From assembly GCA_046563655.1 (NCBI GenBank), contig CM102285.1, positions 12,834,001 through 12,898,000 of the forward strand: 64,000 nucleotides of DNA, read 5' to 3'. Positions 24,880 to 35,595 of this stretch are shown here, in pieces (the stretch's first letter is position 1; each line of letters starts with the position of its first letter). The notes under the pieces were generated by a model. The model was not told the origin of the DNA and made no database searches. It saw only the letters and a program-made list of their open reading frames with translations. A program made the translations under genes and the position numbers. This stretch comes from Yuukianura sp. NJ FZ-2021. Taxonomy: Eukaryota.

Positions 24880-26408
24880 ATGTGCAGGGCTAGTTTGCTC
24901 TACAAGAAATTTGTGCTGTTTTGTCTTCTTTTTCGTGAACTTTGTTCCTATATTTGGTCAAAGTTGCGGTACAAAGGGCGTCTGAAGGCAGAAGAGGAGC
25001 GGAATGTCACTGGTGCTGTGGTGATCGTCACTGGTGCAAATAGTGGAATTGGGAAGGCTGCTGCCTACGAATTCGCAAGTAGAGGAGCTCATGTCATAAT
25101 GGCTTGCCGGTGAGAGAATTTGCAATTATTTTTGCCGACAGGTTTTAGCAAATAGTTTCCCAGGTTACCTCAAATAGGTGTTCGAGATTTTTGCAAAAAT
25201 CTCTTGATTGATTGATGAAAAAATAAATAAAAATTTCTTGAGATTTTCAAAATTCGTAGGAATTTGGCGGAAGGAAACAAAGCAGTTGTGGAACACATGA
25301 AGAGGGCTACAGAAGAAGGCATCAAGTTTACTTTAGATTTGGTAATACTTTGGATTTTGATTTTACATGATGAAATGGTTGAATTTTTTTTAAAAACTTT
25401 TAGTTTCATTTGGATTTAACTATGGTTCTTATTAGAAACTTTTGCATTTGGACTTGATGGATTTCTCGTCAGTGAGAAAGTTTTGTTCGGAAGTGAAAGC
25501 AACCTACGCTAAAGTTGACATTTTGGTTAACAATGCTGGAATTTTTGACACAAGTGGAGTATTAAAGCGAACGAAAATCGGAGTAGAGGAGCACATATTG
25601 GTCAACTACTTGTCGCAATTCTTACTTACGCAATTGCTCATGGATGTTCTAAAACCTACAGATCAAAATCCAACTCCTAGTCGGTAAAATTTGCACAATT
25701 TGGACATGAAAGTTCAAATTCAAAATTTCAGTTTTTGAATTTAACCTGGTTTTAGCATTATTGACGTTTCCTCTTCACTTCAGTGGTTTGGAATGATGGC
25801 TGATGAAAACAATTTGATGCTGGAAGAAGCTCCAGTAACTACTGGAATTTGCAATGCTCTGCCCTACGGCATGTCCAAATTTTACATTTCGCTGTTTTCC
25901 AAAGAAATGAGTCGAAGAGTCGATGAGAAACAGGCACTGTTCTATTCAATGTGGTAAGGAAAATATTTGTCGGTCATTTCGGTTGTCGCCTGTTTTGGTT
26001 TCGACTAAATTGCTTCATTTTTTTGAAATTTTGATTCCAGTCCGGGATACGTCGACACTGGAATGTTTCGTTCCTTCAGTTGGTGCCTAAAACTCAGTGC
26101 GGATATTGTCATTGCCTTAGTTGGTGTTTCCCCTTCAGCTGTAAGTAAAGTTGTGTTTTTGATTTTGGTTTTTGAAATTTCGAAAATTCAACTTTTTTTA
26201 AATTTTAAAACAGGGATGCGACACCATTCTGTACTTGGCCTTGTCCAAAGTTCCTCCACCAAACGGGTTGTTCTACAGGTTTGATCGTCTACATTCTCGA
26301 ATTGAGCGGAATTTGGAACAAAATCAAAAATTTGGAACGTTGCTGTGGAACAGAAGTGCAACGTTGGTGGGACTTGGCCATGAGCAGATTCCTAGCCCAA
26401 GGCATTAA
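24880..26408 (+). CDS. Short-chain dehydrogenase/reductase, RDH11/12/13/14-like (SDR1)
   Basis: TGANSGIG, MACRN, LDLMDFSSVRKF, ILVNNAG, catalytic YGMSK, CPGYVDT, GCDTILYLA. Six coding exons; N-terminal membrane anchor. Confidence 0.92.
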
Positions 26409-26736
26409 CATTTTTCAAAAATGCTAAAAAATTATCCCAAAGTCCTTTAAAGTTCCGTTAATTAAGAAAGGAATGAAAGGAATAAGAAAATTAGTTTTTG
26501 TGTGAAATTTCATCTAGGCAAAAATCGTGAGAAATTTCGCATGCTTTTTGCGAAGTTCCTCTGACTTGAGGGTGACTACAATGACATGGGAAGTGAAATT
26601 TCTTTTATACTTTCCATTTCCTGTGTTAGTTTAACACATTCAGCATAAGTTATACACTAACCGGTCTTCACTGTATCAAAGTTGGCACATTGGAGTGATT
26701 TTATAGTGTTGTTGAACAGTAGGATCACTTTTTAAA

Positions 26737-28123
26737 ATGGATATTAAAAGACAACCACCATTTTGGATTGTTTTGATTCTACTGCTGAGGTACATTTTCA
26801 AGCGATTTCAGCGTCTTATCGCTGGTCCTCCGAGGTTTGACGAAATAGATGCGCATGGGAAAGTTGTTGTCATCACCGGGGCAAATTCAGGACTTGGAAA
26901 AATCACTGCCAGTGAAATGGCACGGAGAGGCGCTACTGTAATTTTAGGTAAGTTTCGGAATTTTTGGAGACGTTTCATAGGATTTGACTTTTTTTAAAAT
27001 TTTGGAATTTAGCTTGTAGGAATTTGGATCTTGGAAGAAAAGCTGCTGACGAAATCAAAAGTTCAACTGGAAACCAAAAAGTGGTGAGGCATTTGCAGAT
27101 TTTTCGAAATGCTTTTGAAAATTTAGAAATTTTGGTGTTTGACTTTGCCTTTTTTGGTTTTAGAATGTAATGGAATTGGATTTATTGAAGTTTCTGTCAA
27201 TTAGAAAATTTTGTTCAGAAATTGATAAAAAATTTCCGAAAATTGACATTTTGATCAACAACGCTGGAATTTTCGACACACATGAAACAATTGAGCACAC
27301 GGAATCTGGATTTGAAAAACATTTTGCAGTGAACCACTTAGGACATTTTCTGCTTACAAATCTTTTGCTGCCAAATCTGAAAAGAGCTACTCATAGTCGG
27401 TAAAGTTGCTTCATATAACTCCAAAACCAACAATATTGAAACTTTTGAAAGCTGGAAATTTCAAATTTCAAAATTTCAAAAAATTTCAAGTGTCGTGACA
27501 ATTGGATCTACTGCGGACTTCATTGAAGAACTTCGATTGGATGATCTCAACTTCCGCAGTCAAAATGGAAGATCTGGTTATGGGTATTTAATGGGAAGGA
27601 TTTTTGGAAAAGCTTACGCTGCTTCAAAATTTGCAAATGGACTATTTTCAGCTGAATTGGGAAAACGCCTGAAGGGTTCTGGAGTGAATACTTATGTTCT
27701 CTGTCCAGTAAGTCAAATTTTTAAATTCTAAAATCGATTTGATAAAAATTTCAAAAATCCGAATTACTTCTAGGGTATGGTAGAAGGAACAGAGTTGTTC
27801 AAATATGAATCGGTTGTGGACAAGGTCATTTGCACTATAGTTTTGAAACTCGTTGGAATCAGTGCCACAGAGGTGAAAGCTTTCACTTTCAGAAATTTTC
27901 AAAATTCAAAGTTCACCATTCATGACCTTGATCTTGAAATTTTGACTTCCAGGGAGTTGAAACTATTCTTTACTGTGCACTTTCCAAAAAATGTGAAGAT
28001 GAAACTGGACTTTACTACCAATTTTGTCAATTGCATCCGTATGAAAATTATAGAATTGGAAAAAATCGAGATTTAGCTAAAAAGTTGTGGGAGGAAAGTG
28101 AAAGATTGGTTGAATTGAAATAA
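26737..28123 (+). CDS. Short-chain dehydrogenase/reductase, RDH11/12/13/14-like (SDR2), tandem paralogue
   Basis: [48 protein letters not shown], catalytic [22 protein letters not shown]. Six coding exons. Confidence 0.92.
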
Positions 28124-28176
28124 ATATTTCAAAATTTTGAAAAATTTTGTTCAGATTTCGTTTTCTTTCGGTTTCC

Positions 28177-28190
28177 ACTGCCATAGCAAC
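28177..28190. promoter_or_regulatory. Candidate RFX X-box upstream of the J-domain gene
   Basis: ACTGCCATAGCAAC (perfect 3' half-site) about 220 bp upstream of ATG 28411. Conserved in the duplicate at 35394-35407. Confidence 0.5.
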
Positions 28191-28410
28191 TCCCAGTAGC
28201 ACTGGAATTTAGAGTTTAGAAACAATTTGAAACTGGAAACACAGACGAACAACGTTGCTGCTTTCCAGCGTAAGCGTAGCAGGCGTGTTTAAAATTTGCC
28301 AGTGTGTCTGTCCTCAATCCAAGCAACACGCTCGCTCTGGCCTTTTGACCTCTACACTCTGACGCCTCGGTGACCTCTACGCTTCCTTTTGAAAAGCCGT
28401 TCACTTCACG

Positions 28411-29422
28411 ATGTATACTGCGGCTGACTTGAACCCTCCGAGATGTTACTACAAGGTCCTCAACGTTGAACCCAATGCAACCAAAGAACAAATTAGCAAA
28501 GCGTACAAAAAGCTCGCCAAGTTGTACCACCCAGACAAAAACAAATTCGAGGGTGCCACATCAAAATTCCAGGAACTGGAAAAAGCGTACCGATTGTTGA
28601 CATCGGAATCGGCCAGACGAGCTTACGACGCGGCGAGAACTGGCCGAATTCTCAATCAGTCTCAGAATCAGTCCACTACGACTAGAACGACTACTACGGT
28701 TAGAACTACGACAACATTTTCGTTTGCAAGTGCCGATGGAACTCAATACACGTACGCCAATCATTCTTACCTATTGAAGTTTTACTTGGTTGTATCAAAT
28801 TATAAATTATGAACATTTTAATTACAGATCTTATACCTTTACTTCAACTGGGCCAAATACTTTCACTTATTCTTTCGGAAATGGAGGCACAACATTTACA
28901 AGCAACGGATACACTTACTACTCTGGAAATGGAGATGCGTCAACCAACAATTACGTCAAAGTCACATCACCCACTGGCGGAAAGTTCACAACGTCGCAAG
29001 ATGGCCGATCATTTACGACATCAGAAAGTGGCCACACGTACATCCTGGAAGGCCCACAAGGAACCTTCGGCTGGTCACCTACTTTTACATGCTCTGGAGA
29101 TCGAGTGAAAATCATTGAACGCGGAACAAATTGGACTGTCAATACAACTGGAAACGATGTACATGTCACTGCAACAGGAGCTGGAACGAAAGTGACGGCG
29201 TCAGGCGACAACGTCTTCTGCAAAGCCTCTGGAGCCGGAGTACACTTTCGGTCGACAGGAAATAAAACCAAATGCGCAGCATCTGGAGCTGGCGTCACCT
29301 TTGTCGCAACCGGAAAACAGCCCCACTGTGACGCTTCTGGCGCCGGGGTCACTTTCAAAGCTGCTGATGATTCAGCCACATACACTGATACAGGAGTCGG
29401 GTTCAAATTTGTCCACAACTAA
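28411..29422 (+). CDS. J-domain (DnaJ/Hsp40 class C) protein fused to Thr-rich region and nonapeptide repeats
   Basis: Exons 28411-28751 and 28828-29422 join in frame (TQYT-SYTF). J domain YYKVLNV..ISKAYKKLAKLYHPDK..FQELEKAYRLL..RRAYD. C-terminal 9-aa repeats such as GTKVTASGD/NVFCKASGA/GVHFRSTGN. Confidence 0.85.
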
Positions 29423-29645
29423 CCCGAATCTAAACGAAAAGTCAAACTCTCAAAGCTCACAAAGAAAAAAATTTCCAAAGTTTCAAAATTTCTAAAAACG
29501 ACCAATTTTTGGTTTAAATGTTGTGACAACCTGTTTCTTGATTGAGTAAATTATTGACATTTGCATGTAAATAACTTTCCAAATAATTTCTTACTTGTGC
29601 TTTCTTTGCATTTTTGTCTTTCAAAATCAAAACCGAACTTGTTTA

Positions 29646-31758
29646 ATGACCATGAGCGGTAGCAGCACCAATCGAACCAGTGACGCAACTCTGAAATTGA
29701 AATCTCCAAGAGTGACAATGCCGCCACCACCGCCATCCAAAGCGTCCGTGATTTCAGAATCTTACTTAAAAGACTCCAGCCTCAGTCGTCGAATTGTCCA
29801 CCAAGCTTGGGAAATTGACCCATTCGTGTATCGACTCGGAGAACCTGGTCGCGGAGGAATTCCATCCAGCGTCTGTGGCAGTATTCTGCAAAGCGTTTGT
29901 GAAGAAAGAGGCTGGAAACCGTTTGGACCAGAGGAGGAACGACTGCTGAATGGCAATTTGCTTGGGTGGAATATTTGGTGGAAAACGATTTTTTCAGCGG
30001 CTCCTCAACGGTCGTTGTACTCTTGGCAGTTTGTCAACTACATTCCACGGGCGATTGGATTCTGCAACAAGGAATATTTGGCTCGTTACATGAATTTTAT
30101 GCATGAAACGTATGGATCCATTTGCGACTTTTGTCCAACGACGTATGTCCTTCCAGAAGATTTTTGGAAACTGGATGCCGAACATGCTCGGAGGTAAGAA
30201 ATTTCGCCGCCGAAACTTCCAACATCTTTGCGCAACAAAAGTTCACGATATTCATCTGAATGAGCAAGTAATTTTAGCTTTTTTGGTTTTTCAGGTCACA
30301 ATTGAGTCATGCCCGAGCTCTTATGTGGGAAGAACGAGCAAGAAACTTGATTCCGATTCAGCCTGGCGTCCAGGAACTTGAATGCAAGCAGTTGGACAAA
30401 ACGTGCGTCCAGAAAAACTTCCAGCCCATTTGGATTCAGAAACCAATCGGGAAAAGTCAAGGCAAAGGCATTGTAATTATAAATGACACGACGACCTTGA
30501 CAACCTGTGAGACCAATTCAGTTGTCCAGGAATACATTGCCCGACCTCTACTCATCGCCGGACACAAGTTTGACCTCAGACTGTACGTCGTCATTCCGTC
30601 CACCATGCCACTGACAATCTACCTCTACAATGAAGGCCTAACGCGATTCGCTGTTGAAAAATACGACATCCGGAATCTGGCCAGCAACTTTTCTCATTTG
30701 ACCAACGCAACGCTGAACAAAACAAGTCCAGAGTATTCGCGAGACAAGGACTGTCTGGGTGTCGGTTGCAAATGGACTTTGGGACGCCTGAGGCAACACC
30801 TTAGAAGCCAAGATCGTCCTGACTGGTTCATGTGGCAGAGGATCGTGTCCATCGTAGTTCTAACTTTGGTTGGCGAATTTACAAAAACTGGAACTCTGCC
30901 GCACTGCAGAAACTGTTTTGAGTTTCTTGGTTACGACATTTTGCTGGACGATGACCTTCGACCTTGGCTTCTCGAAGTGAATCACTCTCCAGGACTGAAT
31001 GCTGACTGTCAAGTGGATCGGGACGTCAAGAGTCCATTGTTGCATGACTTGTTCAATCTCCTTGGACTTCCAAACCAAGGCAATTTCGAAACAATTTCAA
31101 AATAATACACAAATTTCAAAATTAGTTTGAGATTTTGAAATACTTTTGATTTCCAGGGCCTAGGAAGATAAAAAATGGCGGATTTTCTCTGAATAACTTT
31201 CTGCGCATTACAGGTCAACTCCGCCCGGCAACCGTCGCTTCAACGGAACTCAGAAACCTTACAGCCGAAATGACCAAGAAATTGCAACGGGAGGAAAAAA
31301 TTAAACTGGAACGCCAAGTTGCTAAACAGAGCATGCGCAATCGTCTGATGGAGTTGACTGCAATTTATTCTCAGGATTTGACCCCATTGAGTATGAAGAC
31401 TTCACAGAAACAGAAACAGAAAAAACCGAATTCCGGGCCGCCGAAGGCAGAAGAAGATGAGTCTGTTTCATCCAAGAGTAAACGAGGAATCAAACTACGA
31501 GACTGGATTCATCCGATTAAAAAGTGTGGTGGTTGGGTCCGGATCTTTCCGTTTGATTCGCTAAGTCATGAACAGAGTCGTGGGAAAATTGCACTGGATA
31601 CCAAACTGCTGGTGAATCACATTTACTGCAATTTGAAAAAAGCAAGAGAAATTACTTTGAATCATCCGGAACAAACTGATGAAGCGTTTGCTGCTGCCAT
31701 CAAAGACGCTAACAAACTGACGTCTGAAATTTGGATTCCTCCGTATCCTCAAAATTGA
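29646..31758 (+). CDS. TTLL2: Tubulin tyrosine ligase-like protein, TTLL2-like polyglutamylase
   Basis: Exons 29646-30193, 30295-31079, 31157-31758. Motifs WNIWWKT, WIQKP..SQGKGI, VVQEYIARPLLI..KFDLRLYV, EGLTRFAVEKYD, HLTNATLNK, GCKWTL, NCFEFLGYDILLDDDLRPWLLEVNHSP. The GCKWTL/NCFE context best fits TTLL2. Confidence 0.85.
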
Positions 31759-32828
31759 ACTGAAAACAATATATTTTGACTAAAAAATATTTTGTAATGA
31801 TATAATTATACCAAAATTAATTAACAATTAAATGCAAATCAAAAGGAGAAAGTTCCAGTCTTCATGCAATTCGTTCAAAATTTTTGACAATCTCAAAAAC
31901 CGTTAAACTTTTAACCAAAATTCACAACAAAATAAAACCCGACAGACTTTTAGGTTTGTTTTTTTCGACACTTTAATTAGTTTGCTTCAAAATTTTAGGA
32001 ATAAAATAATAAAAACTTGATTTTTTAGAAATAATTTTCTTTCTTGCGGCAAATTTTGACATTTTGAATCAAAAACTTAAAACGTACACCCAGAATATAC
32101 ATTTTTTGTTATTATTGTTCAAAATTTATTTCAAAACATGCTTAGAGCTTTTTCCTTCAGATATTACAATCCTGTAATATTAGTTCGCCTGTTTTTTTTT
32201 CGTTTTTGTAAAAATAACATAATTATGATGACGCAAACTGCTTTCTCTTTTCTCTTTGTTTTTACAGAATAATTGGCAGTCTTCATTTCAAAAAGTAAAA
32301 AAAAAGTACATGATGAAAGTCAAATTATTCCAAAATTGCAATTTCTATTTTTTGACCAACGGAAAACGAAATTGCAAAAATTATAATGATCAGAGAAACG
32401 AGGCTTAAAAAGAAAGTGAAAAAATAGAAAAAATTGGTTTGATTGAACAAGTACGAGACGCGTGTGCTTGTAAACGTGCTTGTCTTTGTACATTTTCGTA
32501 ATTTTTGCCATTTTCAGAACAACAAGAAATAAAGGAAGTCCTTTTTTCGTTTTTGGTTTTCTAATGGTTTGGTTTTTAGCCATTTTGGTGTCATCATCCC
32601 ATTAGATTTTCCGGCTCAAAGGAGAAAGTGCTGTGGAGGGAAAGGAGGTAGGGGAAATCTCCATTAAATTAATGAAGGGAGGGTTCCACAAAAGCACCGC
32701 CACCGTCGTCTTCTCAGGTAGCTTTGACTTCACCGCTCCTACTGATGCTGCTGCTTGATGCTGTCAAATTCCCAGGACGGTTTTGTTGTCATGACAACCG
32801 CCCAACCTCAATTTCCCCTTGATCCACA

Positions 32829-33984
32829 ATGTTTACAAAGGAATCACTACGGAGGAGGTCTGTCTGCTCACTTCAAAACTTCCTCCATTGTTCACCTTTC
32901 ACAGAATCGGCTGCATCCCGAAAATCATTTCACGTGAAAGTCGCTTTCCACGAAAAAGCTGAAACCCTGGCAGCAGCACCTACGCTAGATTTGGAAGCAG
33001 ATTCATTTGAAAATTTTCTTGCAATGATCCAAAGTCAGGCCTCAACTGATACAATTATGAACGAAGATGATCCTCCTGCTGACACACCACGCAACTCTGG
33101 ACCTTTGGAGCTCCAATTGGATGACCTCTGTGACAACATCTCCAGACTCCAGCAACTCTTACGCCCGAGACAGCCATCCGCTCCAGCAAGTTTGGCTGGA
33201 CAAAGAGCCACTGGCGTGGGAGGTTTCTAAAACACATAATTTTGAATTTATAACCAAAAACATTGAAATTTTGAAAATTACAATGCAAAATGCCTGATTT
33301 CTTCAGATTTTGAACCACAACCTATATTTCATGATATGACTGACATTAACGAAGAAGTGAATGACCTCAGTGACCTGCAACAACAGCAGGTCGACACTTC
33401 CACGCAGACGCAAACGGTTCCGTTTCGGCTCGAGGCTGCTCCGATTCGTGTTCCGAACCGTGCCGTTCATAATCCAAGACCAAGACACAAGTTGGTTACA
33501 ACGAAGCCAGTACTCTATTACTCCATTGTGACTTTCTTTAGTAAGTATTTTCAATTTTTGAAAAATTTGAAAGTTTTGAGTTGAATTTATCCTTTTTTTG
33601 AAATTTTCAGCCATTGTCCGCATTTTGATCTTTGCGACGTGCTTCTTGACGTGCGTGTCAATCCTCACTGCAATGTGGTGGGACCAAGACTTTGTGGACC
33701 CTTACCTTGACGAGTACTTTGGAGGAACAGTTCTGGAGGGACCCTTGATCTCTATTCGCAACAATTGGCAAATCCCGCTCCAAAATGAACTCCAGTGCCT
33801 CTGTCCCCACTTTCCAATTTTCCTGTCACCGCGTCGTCGCTTCTGGGACGTCATTCACTCCTTCTTCTACCGAACCAAAATTACGAACTACTGCATCCCT
33901 GAAAAAACGATTTACGGGAGACTTTGTGGCTACGTCTGGAATCTCTGGAGCAAACCGGCTCCACCTTGGAGTCCATGGGTTTAA
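32829..33984 (+). CDS. Uncharacterised membrane protein with disordered N-terminus, TQT motif and single TM
   Basis: Exons about 32829-33222, 33307-33540, 33612-33984 join in phase. DTSTQTQT motif; TM IVRILIFATCFLTCVSILTAMWW; Cys/Trp-containing C-terminus ending PPWSPWV*. Confidence 0.65.
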
Positions 33985-34967
33985 CAACACGATACATCAA
34001 TTGATTCAATTCCTAAATTGCTTAATATTTTAAACTCCGTAAAAAGCTTTAAAACTGTAAGATTTTCTTATATTTGAACCCTTGCGCAAGTAAGATTTTG
34101 TCCAAATTCTTGAGATTTTGGAATGTTGTCGCTCGTCTTTCATTTAGAAGTAATTTATCCAAAGCGTTGAAGTTCTTATCGTTAATCTTCTATCTTCGAC
34201 GACTCGTATCCTTCATCTACTTTTTCTATTTCAAACACAAGCGTAATGTGTTGTCATCTTTTCAAAACAGTTTTTACAAAAACGAGTGCGGACGAACGAG
34301 AGATCTTGGTTCTAAAGATGAATTGTTTCAGTTGAAAGACAAAGACGGGCTTCTTCCGAAGAAAAATAAACTGGCAGTTTCTCAAAAAAAAAAATCAAAT
34401 CCTCTCACAATAGCAGAAAGAGGTCAAAGGTCATCTTCCAAAACAAAGGATATGACTAATCCGCTATGATTCTCAGCCAGGTCAATGCTTTTGGAAAAGT
34501 GCTCAGCGCTTTTCAGTACTTTTTCCAAAAGTGTAGTTGTGCCTTTCAGCTATACTTTTAGAAAAGTACTCGGTTTGAACAAAATTGTAAAACAAGCGGA
34601 AGCATTCCTTTTGTTTAACTTTGAAAGTGAAAGTAAAGTGCAGCAAAGTTGAAAATCAATTAGGAGCAACCAACTCAAAGCCTTGTTTCGCGTCTATTGA
34701 CTTTTCCTGCTTCCAAAAATGTTTTGGTGAAGACAAAAGGACGCTGGAAACAATCGCTTCAAAAGACATTCTAGATATAAAAAAAAATGTAATTTTCGAG
34801 GTGTATTTTATATTCTCCTCCCGCTTTTCTAATAACAACAAGGATTGTGCTCAGCTTCAGCTTATTTCAAAAGTGAAACAAGGAAGGACGTAACACAAAA
34901 TGCGAAAAACCAAATTCCTTCCCAGCAGAGCATGCATGAGCAGTTCAAAATTCTGCAGTTCCCTTTC

Positions 34968-35560
34968 TCCAGTACGTGAAATTTAAAAATTTTGAAATCG
35001 ATTTTTGAATAATTTTGAAAAATACGGAAATGCTTCTGAGGTATGGTAGAAGGAACAGAGTTGTTCAAATATGACTCGCTTGTAGACCAAGGCATTTGCA
35101 ATAAAATTTTGAAAATGGTGCGAATGAGTCGAAAATAACTTTTAAACATTTAAAAAAATTTCAGGGTCAACCATTCGTGAGCTTGACCTTTTGACCTCAA
35201 AGATGTTGAAACTATCCTATACTCTTTCTAAAAAATGTAGATGACCAAATTTGTTAATTGAAAATCATAGATTTTGAAAAAATCGAGATTTAGCTAAAAA
35301 GTTGTGGGAAGAAAGTAAGAAATTGATTGAATTAAAATAAATATTTCAAAATTTGGAAAAATTGGATACAAATTTCATTTCATGTCGGTTTCTGCTGCCA
35401 TAGCAACTCCCAGTACCACTGGTATTTAAAGTTTAGAAACAATTTGACTTGCAATTTTCAAAATGGAACCACAAACGAAGGTTACTCTCGATCTCGGCCG
35501 AAGCAGTTGCATTTGAAATTGCTGTCAGTTTTCTGTGAACTCCAACCGTTGACCTCTTCC
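34968..35560 (+). pseudogene. Decayed duplicate of SDR2 3' exons plus the downstream DnaJ promoter region
   Basis: Aligns by eye to about 27704-28360 (GGTATGGTAGAAGGAACAGAGTTGTTCAAATATGA; AATCGAGATTTAGCTAAAAAGTTGTGGGA; CTGCCATAGCAACTCCCAGTA; GTTTAGAAACAATTTGA). In-frame TAA near 35135 and deletions in the last exon. Confidence 0.85.
35394..35407. promoter_or_regulatory. Candidate RFX X-box (duplicated copy)
   Basis: GCTGCCATAGCAAC, about 190 bp upstream of ATG 35596. Confidence 0.5.
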
Positions 35561-35595
35561 AACTCAAACGCTTGGACTGGCTGAACTCGATTCTA

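Noticed and set aside
28951..29418. 155-aa antisense ORF with TPAP repeats
   Set aside because: Shadow of the nonapeptide-repeat exon on the + strand.
33880..33984. KASH domain in the TQT protein
   Set aside because: The post-TM segment is about 100 aa and does not end in PPPX; too far from the KASH pattern.
34074..34469. 131-aa ORF
   Set aside because: TTG start, low-complexity composition, no splice partners.
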